DNA of 64,000 nt from Corallochytrium limacisporum Hawaii (lineage: Eukaryota; Protista; Pluriformea). The position numbers and the translations under genes were made by a program. The notes under the pieces were generated by a model, which was given only the letters and a program-made list of their open reading frames with translations, ran no database searches and was not told the DNA's origin. The stretch's first letter is position 1. Every line of letters starts with the position of its first letter. Shown one piece after another: positions 9,538 through 21,097 of this stretch. The stretch spans positions 191,807-255,806 of the forward strand of contig PDIP01000043.1 in the NCBI GenBank assembly GCA_002811645.1. The letters run 5' to 3'.

Positions 9538-11406
9538 ATGAAGCTGAACATTGCTTTGAGGCCCATAGTAAGAGGCCTAAGCGTGGCAGTATTGTTCGGA
9601 ATTGTATACTGGCTTTCAAAGGGGTTTGGACAGTATCTCTCAGAAAATCGGCCAACGTTTCAATTTGGGCCTTTGGGCTTCGAGACTGGCAACGAACCGT
9701 CAGTTAGAGCACACGAAGGTGTATCGGCGAAAGAGGTTGCGAAAGATCCTGAACATCCTTTGGATGATGATGATGACGTAGCGCACGACAAGTATGATGG
9801 CGACTTCGATCCGCAAAACTTTGGCAACAAGCCAGATGCCGCACACAAGCCGAGTTCTGCAGCCGAAACAGATCCAGATCCAGCGTTTTCGACAGTGACC
9901 TTGAATATGATACAAAATGGTGGTGCATTCAATGGGAAGCACAATGAGAAACAGCAGGCTGTTATCGATGCTTTCCGGGAGACTATGTCGGAATACCGAG
10001 CGAGTGCATGGGGTCACGATGAGGTTAAGCCTATCAGTAGGGTACCCTACGATTGGTTCGGGATAGGTTTAATGATGCTCGACAACCTCGATTTGGCCAT
10101 CATTATGGGCCAACAGGATTGGTATGAAAAAATGCATAGCTGGGTTGCGAGTTTCGACGTACATAAAGGGATGCGGTGCAATACCTTTGAGACCACCATT
10201 CGCGCCCTTGGTGGGGTTCTATCGGCATACTATCTTACTGGGGACGAAGTTTTCCTTGACGTAGCTCGTAAAATTGGTTACCCGTTGGTGGACAGCACCT
10301 TGCACCACGGAAACAAGATTCCAGATCAGTGGGTCAACCTCGTAACCGGAGGAACGCCTGGAGTTGTGACCAACCTGGCAGAAGTGGGTACCCTGCAACT
10401 GGAATGGACCTACCTTTCCTATGCGGTTCAAGACCCGTGGCCCGCACAGGCTGCGCACCAGATTTATGAAGAGATTTGGAAAATTGCAGAGGATGGTCTA
10501 GTAGATGCGGTCCTAATAGCTACTCCCACATTGCGTGGTAGTGGTCCGCGGTATACCATGAATGGTGGTAGTGACAGTTACTATGAGTATCTACTAAAGT
10601 TATGGATCCAGACTGGTAAGACAGAACAACGTTACCTGGATGAGTACGTAGCGGCAATTAGGAACTTCAGGACGCATTTCATGCGACAATCGCAAACGTC
10701 GAAGCTCTGGTATATAGGTGAATTCGGTAGAGACAGTTCGGGCAATTTTTTCGAGGCAGAACCGATGATGGAGCATTTGGCGTGCTTCCTTCCTGGCACA
10801 TTGATGCTTGGTTGGTACCACAATGTTCCGGATCGTGACGAACATCGTATTATGGCCGAACGACTACTGGAAACATGTATGGCTATATACGAGACGCCAA
10901 CGGGCCTGGCACCGGAAAATGTCTACTTTGGCTATTCTGCTAAGGGTAGACACTTTGATCAGTATCCTGATGTTGTGGTATCTTCGAAGGGCCGGGTCAA
11001 TCACTTGCGACCGGAGACTGTGGAAAGTCTCTGGTACTTCTACGTGATCACGGGTGAGAAGAAATGGCAGGACTATGGTTGGAAGTACTTCAATGCATTC
11101 CATGAGCATGCTAGACTACCAGAAGGTGGCTATGCTACCGTTGTCAATGTTTTTGACGTCCCAGCGAGTCCCTACAACAAGCTTCACACATTCTGGTCCG
11201 CAGAGACACTGAAGTATTTCTTTCTACTCTTTGCAGACCACGATGAGCAACCTTTCCCGCTGAATAATTACGTCTTCACCACGGAGGCCCACCCATTGCC
11301 TGTCCTGGGTGGTCGCTTTGACGGCCACACAGACAAGAGAGACCTCGACAGAATCCGCCGCAGGATCTACCATCGTATTCGTCGTGCGCACGAGACTATT
11401 GCATGA
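9538..11406 (+). CDS. Class I alpha-1,2-mannosidase (GH47), type II membrane protein, MAN1B1/Mns1-like
   Basis: N-terminal TM; AWGHDEVKP, FETTIR, DSYYEYLLK, HLACF, LRPETVES, AETLKY, FTTEAHP; first ATG at 9538. Confidence 0.95.
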   Translation: MKLNIALRPIVRGLSVAVLFGIVYWLSKGFGQYLSENRPTFQFGPLGFETGNEPSVRAHEGVSAKEVAKDPEHPLDDDDDVAHDKYDGDFDPQNFGNKPDAAHKPSSAAETDPDPAFSTVTLNMIQNGGAFNGKHNEKQQAVIDAFRETMSEYRASAWGHDEVKPISRVPYDWFGIGLMMLDNLDLAIIMGQQDWYEKMHSWVASFDVHKGMRCNTFETTIRALGGVLSAYYLTGDEVFLDVARKIGYPLVDSTLHHGNKIPDQWVNLVTGGTPGVVTNLAEVGTLQLEWTYLSYAVQDPWPAQAAHQIYEEIWKIAEDGLVDAVLIATPTLRGSGPRYTMNGGSDSYYEYLLKLWIQTGKTEQRYLDEYVAAIRNFRTHFMRQSQTSKLWYIGEFGRDSSGNFFEAEPMMEHLACFLPGTLMLGWYHNVPDRDEHRIMAERLLETCMAIYETPTGLAPENVYFGYSAKGRHFDQYPDVVVSSKGRVNHLRPETVESLWYFYVITGEKKWQDYGWKYFNAFHEHARLPEGGYATVVNVFDVPASPYNKLHTFWSAETLKYFFLLFADHDEQPFPLNNYVFTTEAHPLPVLGGRFDGHTDKRDLDRIRRRIYHRIRRAHETIA

Positions 11407-11522
11407 GCAACGAATGTACAGCACTCGACGAGTCTATCGGAGCCTTGACCTAGCACATAGATAAATTCATAGCTGCCTAGAGATCAGGAGGGAATTCATA
11501 AGCAATCCATTTTTGATATTTA

Positions 11523-11540
11523 CGCACGCACGCACGCACG
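11523..11540. repeat. (CGCA)n tetranucleotide repeat
   Basis: cgcacgcacgcacgcacg read directly. Confidence 0.75.
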
Positions 11541-12452
11541 AACCCCCTGACCAGAAGATCTTCAGGACTCTGGGGAGATATCCACCCGGCTGCCAGCACT
11601 GACATCCACGAATCCATCGATCTTTATCTGAGACCTCGCATTGTCGAGGGCGACTCGATGACCACACTGCCTCTATATTACAATGATCGTGGGCAGAAGT
11701 CTATCTTAGTAGAGCCAATAAAGGCCCATGTTGAGCACAAGTATTTCACCCTCAATATCCAACAGTGTGAGAACTGTGCCCACTTAGCCTCACTTGTCGG
11801 CCTCTGGTCAGCGGCGTCCCAACACACACACCTCCCCCCACCTCACCTCGTTCCCCGGGCCCCCTACCGCAGGGGAGTCCATTTTCGCGCCAATTTTGTT
11901 CGCTTCCGACCGGAGTGTGGCTGTTGGAGACCCGTTCGACAAGCACACACACGAGCCCCAGCGGGCGAGGCAGGCAGGTGTGGGGAGTCACAACAGAACG
12001 GCCAGGCGGAACGAAAAATATTCTGGGGAACGCGTAAAACCGAACACAAACCGTTCAATCGGGGTACCATGTAACGATGATGCCTCACTGGAACATCATA
12101 GTCTTTAGCGTACATCGCATTCTAGTGGGCTTGGGCTGCAGTGGTCATCTGTTGCCACGTATGTTGGCAATTCAGGGGTGGGAACGGAGTCCATCGTGTG
12201 CACCCGTATCAGGCCTGATCGCCTGTGCAAGCACATTGTGTGTCCCACCAGGCTCCAAATGGTACTTGACTTAGTCACCATGGGAAAATCAATTGCAATG
12301 AGAACTTCTCTCTCTAACGCAAACGTTGAAATCAATCTCAACAGCGAAGTACGGCTACACACATCTCTCGGCATGCGCTAAGTTTCGTCAGAGAGACTAC
12401 TCCTGAGAAATCTCACTGATCTAGGAATAGTGACAGCAGAGAAAAGAGAACA

Positions 12453-13208
12453 ATGGCGCCGATTTCAAAAGATCGCCAGAAGGAGCTTGTGAAAAAGTTT
12501 CGGGCATTCACAAATACCAACAGCAAGACCGCAATTGCAGTACTCAGTCAGGCCAACTGGAGGCTCGAACTAGCAATTGATCGGTACCTCAGCGGCCATG
12601 GAAACTTTGAAGTCAGTGATATTGATGCTGGTAAAGCTGAGGGATTTTTCAATGCATACAAAGATGACAAGTCCGGAATTATTGACATTGATGGCATTGA
12701 AAAGCTGTGCAGTGACCTTGAAGTGGAAGTAACCGACGTAGTCGTTCTCATGATAGCATGCAAAATGCACGCCAAGGAAATGGGTAAGTTCACACAGCAG
12801 GAATTCTTGCATGGTATGGAAGAGATGGGAACGGACACTTTGGAGGGCCTGAAGGGTAAGATCGCTGGTCTTCGACAAGAAATGGATGATCCTGCCACAT
12901 TTAAGCAGCTGTATCAGTATGCATTTGATTTTGGCAGGGATCCGGGTCAAAAGGGCCTGTCCTTGCAGACGGCTATGGGCTATTGGCAACTTCTCATGAG
13001 CGACCGCTTCAAACACCTAAACGAATGGTTGGAATTCCTACAGGAAAAGCACAACAATCGCACAATCTCCAAGGACACGTGGAATCTGTTGCTGGACTTC
13101 AGTCGCCACATCAACGATGACATGAGCAATTATGACGAGACTGAAGCCTGGCCAGTCCTGATTGATGAATTTGTTGAGTACCACAAGGAAAAGGCCGGAG
13201 CTGCATGA
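12453..13208 (+). CDS. DCN1: DCN1-like protein (cullin neddylation co-E3; UBA-like + PONY domain)
   Basis: N-terminal UBA-like ([15 protein letters not shown]); [44 protein letters not shown]. Confidence 0.96.
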   Translation: MAPISKDRQKELVKKFRAFTNTNSKTAIAVLSQANWRLELAIDRYLSGHGNFEVSDIDAGKAEGFFNAYKDDKSGIIDIDGIEKLCSDLEVEVTDVVVLMIACKMHAKEMGKFTQQEFLHGMEEMGTDTLEGLKGKIAGLRQEMDDPATFKQLYQYAFDFGRDPGQKGLSLQTAMGYWQLLMSDRFKHLNEWLEFLQEKHNNRTISKDTWNLLLDFSRHINDDMSNYDETEAWPVLIDEFVEYHKEKAGAA

Positions 13209-13317
13209 CGTAGCAGGCTACCAGGACATGAGCATCAGTTCACATAGAAAACAAACGGGAATGATTGAATCCGCCATAATTATATTTCGTATGATGTATT
13301 TGAGTTCATCTGAGTTG

Positions 13318-14875
13318 TCATGAACACTCGTATAGTGACTCTAGTTTAGACATGTTGTCTTTGAGGATACCAGACCAGGAGTCCTCTTCTTGAACAACAC
13401 GGACTGGCATCCCGAGACCCTCTACCGTCAAATTGTGGTATGTTTTAACCAGAATCTTGTAGGCAGCGTTGCGAGCAGCAACAATGGAGCTATGCCCCGG
13501 GAATACACTTACGCGCATCTTCTTGCTCTCCTTGCGCTATCTTTCCTCCGCACTGAGCTCATCGTTCGGCAGAAGGTCCATGTCTTGGTGTACCCACGAT
13601 GACTCCCACTGGACATCGTCACCTTCGGTCTTAACCTGCGAATTCTGGCGCCGTTGCATACGTAATGGGGCTCTTGCACGATTGTTTCGATTGTTAATGC
13701 CGCGAGTATTGACTTTATCGTCGATGATGTTCGAACTGACTGCAATTTTGACGTTTTGTTGCAGCTGTACAAGTGCATCGTATAGTTTAAGAAGAATGCT
13801 GACACGATCCTCTATCAATCGCCGACAGTCTGCACAAATACATCGGAGGCCTGCCAAAACCTTCTTCTCCAGTGGTCCTACCGTCGTGCAAAGCAATTTC
13901 GATGTGGTTCTTTCTTTAGCACACAGCTCCTGCAGCTCTCTGCGTTTTGTAGGATGGGCTCAAGGGTGCACGAAGAGATGAAGCAATGTTCTGGCGTTCC
14001 TGAGCCCAATGGCCTGTGATAGCTCTGTACTGTTCACGATATTCATTGCTCAAGCTTACCATCCTTTCTATGGCATCTCGCAGAAACATGTTGAGATACG
14101 CTTGAGGAAGAGCCTCCATGATAGCACCAAATTGTTGTAGTTGCGCACGGTAGGTTAAAATTGCAGCCCGGTAGTGCTGATAGATTGGCTCCTTGAGTTC
14201 CTCGATGACTCCCAGGGCATTGTAATGGAATTCATCGATTGTTGATTTCAGCACTTCTGGCGAGGTACTGGGACGAGATCCTTTGGTTTCATAGTACTTC
14301 TCCGCAATATCCAAAAGATCGCTGTAGCTATCTGCAGCGCAAGAATGGACTACATTCAGCAGAGTAACGTCGATAACAATGTTGGACATCGGCCCCCTTC
14401 GTTTGCGACGCATCTTCCTGGTGTTTGCGTGCAAGATTGGCCCGCCGGTCTTGTGTTGGCTTCGAGCTTCAATACAAGACTTTCCAGCAATGTTCACCCG
14501 TCCTTGGGACTCGTCGCCTTCCAGGTCCTGCCAAGCCACGCTAAGGGGATTCAGGTAGTTTCGTTTGACCGTGGCCATGCCGCCACACATGGGTACGTCC
14601 TCACCACCTGAAGTGTTGTGGATACGAACGAGATCCGTATAAGATGGTGCATAATCTCCATCCTTTCTGTATACGGCAGTCAGATGTCCATGAGTTTGGA
14701 CGCATCTTCAACTAAGCAAGGCAGTAAGTGCGAACTGGACGACGCATCTCTTGGCTTGTGGGTCTCCAAATAAAGCCCACGACCGGCGGACTAACATCCC
14801 TGAGGACGTCAATATACTCAACAGCTTCTGGCCCCTCGTCTCTAGCCTAGAACGGTTCTCTCCGGATACCGACAT
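13318..14875 (-). pseudogene. CCDC180: Disrupted CCDC180/CFAP76-like (DUF4456-type C-terminal region) coiled-coil gene
   Basis: ATG 14875, in-frame TGA 14708-14710, 1-nt frameshift at ~13956-13958, in-frame TAG 13537-13539; repaired product has LRAPLSHP...ELQELCAKE and a C-terminus GHSSIVAARNAAY...EEDSW...MSKLESLY resembling CCDC180. Confidence 0.7.
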
Positions 14876-15299
14876 TGAAGAAATATTAAATCAGAAAAAA
14901 TCAAAACTCATTTCTGTGATAGTATAAATTTATGGGGTCGTTACATTAAATCATATGATTGGATTATTGTAGTTGTGCCCTCCTGCAAATGTATGCATTT
15001 AAGCCACTCCAATACGAGGCCGTAAAGTAAACAAGAGTGTGAGGTCGGAAAACATCAGGTGCCCCTCACCGTATACCCCTCGCGTTTCACACCCCGACGA
15101 CCAGCACAGAAAGTTCGACCAGGCTGTGGGGTACCACGGAGCCTTCTTGTGTGACGGAGGATGTGGTTGTTTTGGCATGGATGGCAATGGTAATAGAGGC
15201 TGAATCATAAGGTATTTCGAATTTCCAGACAGTTGTACAGACTGAGTAAGGCATTTTCATACTTAGGAAGTTAAAAGGGACGAAACCAGAAACTTCATT

Positions 15300-15503
15300 A
15301 TGGCCTGGACAGACGTTTTCCCGGCCACTATTCTCATTGGAGGCGCCATCATGGCCACCGGTTTTGGAATTCGGGCTATCGACTGGCTTGCAGGAAAGCC
15401 AATTCGTTACGCTCGGGATGAGTGGGACTATCAGTCGGATCGTCGTGACCAGCGTCTTACTGGACGGAAGTGGCGCCAGCAGGGATTGGAAAAGATTGAG
15501 TAG
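15300..15503 (+). CDS. NDUFA1: Complex I accessory subunit NDUFA1 (MWFE)
   Basis: 67 aa; N-terminal TM then GKPIRYARDEWDYQSDRRDQRLTG...GLEKIE, typical MWFE pattern. Confidence 0.88.
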   Translation: MAWTDVFPATILIGGAIMATGFGIRAIDWLAGKPIRYARDEWDYQSDRRDQRLTGRKWRQQGLEKIE

Positions 15504-15607
15504 CTCATTCACATGGTGATGATATAAAACAGCACATATAACTACGTAGTTTGGTATCGGATATCGAAGAAAATTTTTATGTAACGTATTTGACATGGGA
15601 TTATTGT

Positions 15608-17914
15608 CTATGCAAGGTACTGGTACATGGATGAATTCTCTGCATCGCGTTGGAGATATTCTCGCTCGATCAAGGACTCGATTCTCTTCTTGAGCTCAAT
15701 TGCTTTCAGCGGGAATTTCAACTGCTCATATACTTCGGCGATGAGATTGTTATGGGCCAGCTGCTTGCGCATCTTCATGATACGCACAATTGCAGCATCG
15801 ACCTGCAGACCACGATCTTGTTGCACCTTTTCAGTGATGTTCTCCTTCTCTTCCTTGGTCTCCTTCATCTGAATCTGATTGATCTTCACCTTAACATGCT
15901 TGTTCTCAAACTTGTCGTTGAAATGGAACACATCATCGTCTTCGACATCACGTCCCTTGGGTTCCTTGATGAGAGGACGCACTTTGGCACAGGCAAGGCT
16001 TTGCAGTTGAGTCCTCAAAGTCTTATCCTCCATGCCGGTAGCAGAAAGCAAGTCCTTGAAGGAGACCGTGTCACGATCGTTAAACTGCAGCAGGATCAAT
16101 GCTTGGAACAGTGAGACCTGCAACTCCTTGTCTCCCTTTGGGAATCGTGCTTTAAGAGTGCACCGGTCACTCTGGTATGTCCATGTCAACTGTCGACCAC
16201 CATGGCCGCCATGCTTGGACAAGTAGAAATTGGTGAAGGTGTCGCGGAACTTCTCCATTGCGGCTGGCAAATTCAAAGTCTGCGGTTGCTGGGTGGGCCA
16301 GTATCCTGTGGTGAGAACGTTAACGTAAAGCTCCATACCATCAAGTGAGCGTCCGCGTGTCTGGTTGAATGAGGCCATAATGCCTTTGCTAACATCTATG
16401 TCCTTAAACATACCCTCCAGCTTGCTCGTGAAGCTGGCTCCACACTCCTGCTTCAACTTACTCAGCATACTCTTTTCGGCATCACTGCTCGCACTGCGAC
16501 CTAGGAGCAATCGTTTGGCCAGGTAGTTCTTGTAGAAGCTCTCGAACATGTCCTTGCCGTGAATGAAGCGGAAGAGTACCATAACTTCATCTAGAGTTTG
16601 CTCCAACTCTTCGTCCGTGAGTTCCTTAAGACCACTTCTGAGTTTCTCGTCGATGAACTTGGCAATATACTGAGCGGGAGCATTCTGACGCAGATTGATA
16701 GTATGCTCAAAAGCAGTGTTCATGGCCTGCACGAATTGAGATTGGGACGCAAATGCCTGCTTGATTGCCGTCTCCATCTCCTTTCTCAAGTTGAGAAGAT
16801 CCTGCACCATTGTAGGATCACGTTCTTCCACCGTCACAATTATTGATCCACGTTTCTTCAAGTATTCAGTGAATGCCTCCTTCAACTTCGGAACCGCCTT
16901 AACGGATCCAAACAAATCATACATCAGCCTCAGAATATCGTACCGTTTGTTGTTCATGAGGTCTTCGAATCCACGTTTGATTAAAGTGTCAGTGTGGGTC
17001 TTCAACATTTTGTTCTCAACGGCCGAGCGAAGAGCACGCAGCGTCCGCATGTCAAGGTAGAATTCTGTCCTTTTGGTCTCATCATTCAATCGGCGATCCA
17101 CTTCCTTCAGGTACTCTGCAACTTCCAGATTCTGGATGCGATCATTCGCTAGATTCTCATAGTATTCATTCGTGGCCTTCAACAACGGCGGTTCAAGAGT
17201 GTCCCGGTAAATTCTTAGAGACAGAAAGATGCGGACCACAGACTTCAACAACTGGCGCTCAACATCTTCCCCGTCCCTTTCCTTGCAGACAAGAGCAAGC
17301 AGGTCTCTAATTGTGCGCTGTTGAATTTCTTCAACTCCAAAAGGATGTTCTCGGAAAAATTTAAGTCCCAGATCGTACGTTGACAACAATTTGCTTTGTT
17401 GCAGAACATAGGTTCGGTCCATGATCAAGAAGATGCTTCGGATCATCCGCATCGACTCAATGTGCTCCAGCCAAATACTATTGAGTTTGGACAAGAAAGT
17501 ATCTGTATCAGCCTTCATCTCCACTTGCAACTTCTCCCGAAACCCGGCAATGTGTGTCTCCAACTGATTGGACAACTTCTCATAAATAAATTCTGCCTTG
17601 TTGTGGGTACACATGTTCTCAACGCCGAGATACAGCTCCTCTAGAGAGCAACCAACGGGCTCTCTCTGATGCACGGCAGATACAGCAGCAGTCAGCTTTT
17701 CCCACGTTTTCTCTGCATAATCATCTGAAATTGCTGGTGCGTTAGACAGTCCCTTGATGACCAGCTTTCGTGGGCCATTGTTGTTGGTTTGGCGCTTTGC
17801 CATCTTCAGACCGTTCATGACTCTGAGAGATTCCCTGCGTCGCTTTCGAGACTCTGGATCGTCTGACAACTGTCCGACCTTGGCAAACGGACCCCTTGGT
17901 GAAACTTCAGCCAT
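15608..17914 (-). CDS. CUL4: Cullin-4
   Basis: KLVIK N-terminal motif, SLEELY, IRSIFLIMDRTYV, FRFIHGKDMFESFYKNYLAKRLL, neddylation site AAIVRIMKMRK, KKRIESLIEREYL; first ATG 17914. Confidence 0.97.
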   Translation of the reverse strand: MAEVSPRGPFAKVGQLSDDPESRKRRRESLRVMNGLKMAKRQTNNNGPRKLVIKGLSNAPAISDDYAEKTWEKLTAAVSAVHQREPVGCSLEELYLGVENMCTHNKAEFIYEKLSNQLETHIAGFREKLQVEMKADTDTFLSKLNSIWLEHIESMRMIRSIFLIMDRTYVLQQSKLLSTYDLGLKFFREHPFGVEEIQQRTIRDLLALVCKERDGEDVERQLLKSVVRIFLSLRIYRDTLEPPLLKATNEYYENLANDRIQNLEVAEYLKEVDRRLNDETKRTEFYLDMRTLRALRSAVENKMLKTHTDTLIKRGFEDLMNNKRYDILRLMYDLFGSVKAVPKLKEAFTEYLKKRGSIIVTVEERDPTMVQDLLNLRKEMETAIKQAFASQSQFVQAMNTAFEHTINLRQNAPAQYIAKFIDEKLRSGLKELTDEELEQTLDEVMVLFRFIHGKDMFESFYKNYLAKRLLLGRSASSDAEKSMLSKLKQECGASFTSKLEGMFKDIDVSKGIMASFNQTRGRSLDGMELYVNVLTTGYWPTQQPQTLNLPAAMEKFRDTFTNFYLSKHGGHGGRQLTWTYQSDRCTLKARFPKGDKELQVSLFQALILLQFNDRDTVSFKDLLSATGMEDKTLRTQLQSLACAKVRPLIKEPKGRDVEDDDVFHFNDKFENKHVKVKINQIQMKETKEEKENITEKVQQDRGLQVDAAIVRIMKMRKQLAHNNLIAEVYEQLKFPLKAIELKKRIESLIEREYLQRDAENSSMYQYLA

Positions 17915-18186
17915 TCGATGTAAAATTCCTATGATATTGATGGACACAAGTATTTACAATGACCTAGATCGTTCTCAATTCTGCCCATGAGCACCAACTC
18001 ATTCCTTCTCCAAGATTCTGCAGAATAAGGCCTTGACTGCTTTTACCGAGCCCCAAAACGATAACTTGGTGCTAACACTAAAATATCTTCACCATGCCTT
18101 CCTTTTCAAAGGTTCATCACAGGCTCAAACCACGAATATGACTGGTAGTCTTACCTCTCACTTACGGGAATTTGTGAGGCCCCTTG

Positions 18187-18203
18187 CCCCCCCGGGGGGG
18201 GGG
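18187..18203. promoter_or_regulatory. C7G10 run in the CUL4/RPB4 divergent intergenic region
   Basis: CCCCCCCGGGGGGGGGG read directly. Confidence 0.45.
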
Positions 18204-19128
18204 TTAAGACCGACCCCGCCTTTCATCCATAGGGAGTTCTTGTGTGGTCTGGAGGGTGCTGTGAGGCTGACAGAGAAGGAAGCAACAACGCCTCGGTACG
18301 TTCAATATTCTCCCGGCTACGGCGGCTAAAATTTTCTTGACCTGCGTTGAGTGAAAGGTCAAATACAGAAATGGCGACAAAAAGTGAGCAGAAGGGAACA
18401 CCACCACACTGCTCTCCCGCGGTCCCTCACAGTGTACCTCATCCGTACGTTCCGTTGAGACGAGAATGGAGAGATTCTGAGAGTAGCATCCACCGTGTGT
18501 TCATGCAGTCTAGGCGCTGGTTTGGCTTTGGTTGGCTTTTTTTTTGATGCTGCCTACAAAGAAAGTTCGGGCCTTCGGTACCAAACATACTCAACGCTCG
18601 CCTCCTGGTTTCCCGACGTTTTGCATTGCCGGCGGGACCCCAACGCGAACAACGCCGTTAACCCAGTTTCATCTTCGCCCCTCCACTGCTCTGTGTCCGA
18701 GTTTTGTTCTGGTATTTTCGCTCTCCCCATTGGCGTTGTGTTTCCATTAGTGGGGCAAGTTGCCTGTGTGAGTTTATTCTTCAAGGATTTGTCAACGGCT
18801 CTTGGTCGATGTCGACGAAACAAAAAACACATTTCAAAGGTGATCCGGATATCATAATTACCCCCTGGTGTAACTCGTCTATTGGAAAGCTGACGACTCT
18901 GGGAAGGAGTGGACACCCAGTACAATTAGGTCGTTGGCGCGAGCCATTCAGTGGCGCATTTCCGAAGGGGCCCATGTGACCCGAGTGTCGGGCGAAGTGC
19001 TGAAAGAGTGCCATGCAGGTACTTGCAGCCACAGAGGGACTCTTGGACGTGTGATCTGAACACACATATCTTCAGCCTAACGCGGAAGAAAAAGACTAGG
19101 AAATGCTTTCCCTACAGGTTCCGCTAGA

Positions 19129-19569
19129 ATGTCGCGGCAAGTGAAAGGAAAGTCAATCGATAAAGCGGGTGAGCTGCTTTTCGCAGACGAGCTAAAGAGC
19201 GCAAAACCGCTGTCAACATCAGAAGTTTTCTTGACTTTACAGACAAGGATTCAGGAGCAGGCGCGCCAGGGATATGAAGGTCAGCAGGAAAACGAAAGCT
19301 TTGACAAATTTTATCAGTATGCTGAAAAATTTGCAGTGTACAATTCTGCCAACACAGTGAAGCAGGTTCATGCTCTGCTCCAAAGGGTACCTCTGCTGCA
19401 TGATTTTGAACGGGCAAGCTTAGCTACTTTGCTTCCAAACACGGTCGAAGAAGCACGGGCACTGATCCCGAGTTTAAACATAGAGCGGAATGGGGCCAAA
19501 CTTGAAGACGACGACCTTGAAGGTCTGTTGGAAGATTTGATCAAGTTTAGGGATATGCATGCTGGGTAG
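19129..19569 (+). CDS. RPB4: RNA polymerase II subunit RPB4
   Basis: AGELLFADELKSAKPLSTSEV, LHDFERASLATLLPNTVEEARALIPSL, DDDLEGLLEDL. Confidence 0.95.
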   Translation: MSRQVKGKSIDKAGELLFADELKSAKPLSTSEVFLTLQTRIQEQARQGYEGQQENESFDKFYQYAEKFAVYNSANTVKQVHALLQRVPLLHDFERASLATLLPNTVEEARALIPSLNIERNGAKLEDDDLEGLLEDLIKFRDMHAG

Positions 19570-19606
19570 ACTTTCTTGTTCAATGCCGCTTTATAGAATA
19601 AAATTG

Positions 19607-21097
19607 TCATGTTTCCATTTCATTATCGTCGGGTTCATCTACCTCTAGAGGGTCTCCATCGGCGTCGTCTTGTTCCATCACGGAATGGCTTGCCATGTCA
19701 ATATCTTCTGCGCCACTCTGGTAGTTCAGTAGGTCCTCGTCCTCCATGTTGTCAGCAGGTGCCTGGCCAGTATCAGATATTGATTGGACATTGATGGTGA
19801 TACCAGAAGCTCCGGTGGTTTGCTCCCCTGGCTTTTCTGAAGACTCTGGTTCCACCTGTTTATGATTTGCCGCTATTCCCACAGCATCGTCCGCACCCTT
19901 TGCCTCCGTGCCCTCGGCGATTTCCACTGTTTTCCCTGGAGGAGCCTCGTCTCTAGAAGTTTCGTCTTCGACCCTATCATCCTTGTTGTCTGCCGACTTG
20001 TCATGTTGCTCTTCCTCTGCTTCATCAAGATCTTCGACATCAGGGTCTTCACCTTCGAACGGAATTTCTTCCTCGTCCTCTTCGTCTTCATCCTCGTTTT
20101 CTTCTTCCCCGTCATCCCCTTCATCGTCCTCATCCCCGGCGTCATCTTCATCCCCGTCTTCATCATCTTCATCCACGTCTTCGTCATCTATGTCGTCGCC
20201 TTCGTCATCGTCTTCACTCACGAACCCAGCATGATATTCGTCCACGTCAATGACCTCGGGTGTTTCGAGTTCAGTCTTTTGTAAATGATAGTACTGGAAT
20301 GGGCTTGGCCACAACTCTTTGACAATTGCATCAGCGATCGCATTACCATCCGGATCACTGTCCGAAAAATGAGTTGAGAACCACTGGAAGAATGTCGGTG
20401 TCTCATCATACGACTCTGAAAATTCTGGTTCTGTGAAGGACGTCAGTGTCTGTTTCTCCTGCTGCCTATGGAAGGTTTTTGACAGCACTGTGTTTTTCAA
20501 ATGCTCATTCTCGCTGAACAGGAGTCTACATTCAACTTGCAAATCTTCGTTGCTTGTTGTCTTGGACACACTGATATTCTTCAGATACTTTAGGATTTGA
20601 CGGTCAACCTGAGTAATGTAATCATGAAGGACCGGATGGGAAGCTAGAGTCTTCAACCAAAACCCAGGGATCTGTTCAATAAGTGCATCACGCTCCTTGT
20701 AGATGGGACTCTTTGTGTTGTGGTATTCACATTCAATTTTGTTGATCTCGTTCTTCATATCTTTGTCGATTTCGTCCAATTTGGCTTGCACATCTTTCGC
20801 TTGCTGGACCATGTGTCTGTATTCTTCTTCATCACCGTCGTTGTCATCGCTGATGTCGATGACTTCTGGGGTTTCATGTTCAGAAGATGACAGAATCCCA
20901 TCCACGTGTTCCTCAGGATTCAAGACTGCTGCTTCCACAGCAGCCCCTTCATTCTGCTTAGGTATCTCCTCCCCATCATTTGAAACTGATTCGGTCACAC
21001 CTTGCTTTGCTTCCCCGGTTGTTTTATCTTCCGTCCTTTGTCGTTTGGCTACAGGGTTCTCCTGCTCCGGGTGATCACGTTCATCAGACGTTACCAT
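19607..21097 (-). CDS. NAP/SET/TSPY-family histone chaperone with long acidic tail
   Basis: PIYKERDALIEQIPGFWLKTLASHP, FSENEHLKNTVLSK, TFFQWF, IADAIVKELWPSPFQYY; D/E-rich C-terminus; first ATG 21097. Confidence 0.9.
   Translation of the reverse strand: MVTSDERDHPEQENPVAKRQRTEDKTTGEAKQGVTESVSNDGEEIPKQNEGAAVEAAVLNPEEHVDGILSSSEHETPEVIDISDDNDGDEEEYRHMVQQAKDVQAKLDEIDKDMKNEINKIECEYHNTKSPIYKERDALIEQIPGFWLKTLASHPVLHDYITQVDRQILKYLKNISVSKTTSNEDLQVECRLLFSENEHLKNTVLSKTFHRQQEKQTLTSFTEPEFSESYDETPTFFQWFSTHFSDSDPDGNAIADAIVKELWPSPFQYYHLQKTELETPEVIDVDEYHAGFVSEDDDEGDDIDDEDVDEDDEDGDEDDAGDEDDEGDDGEEENEDEDEEDEEEIPFEGEDPDVEDLDEAEEEQHDKSADNKDDRVEDETSRDEAPPGKTVEIAEGTEAKGADDAVGIAANHKQVEPESSEKPGEQTTGASGITINVQSISDTGQAPADNMEDEDLLNYQSGAEDIDMASHSVMEQDDADGDPLEVDEPDDNEMET

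Noticed and set aside
14708-14710. In-frame TGA as selenocysteine or a variant genetic code
   Set aside because: Same gene has a TAG and a frameshift; TGA, TAG and TAA all end intact genes here
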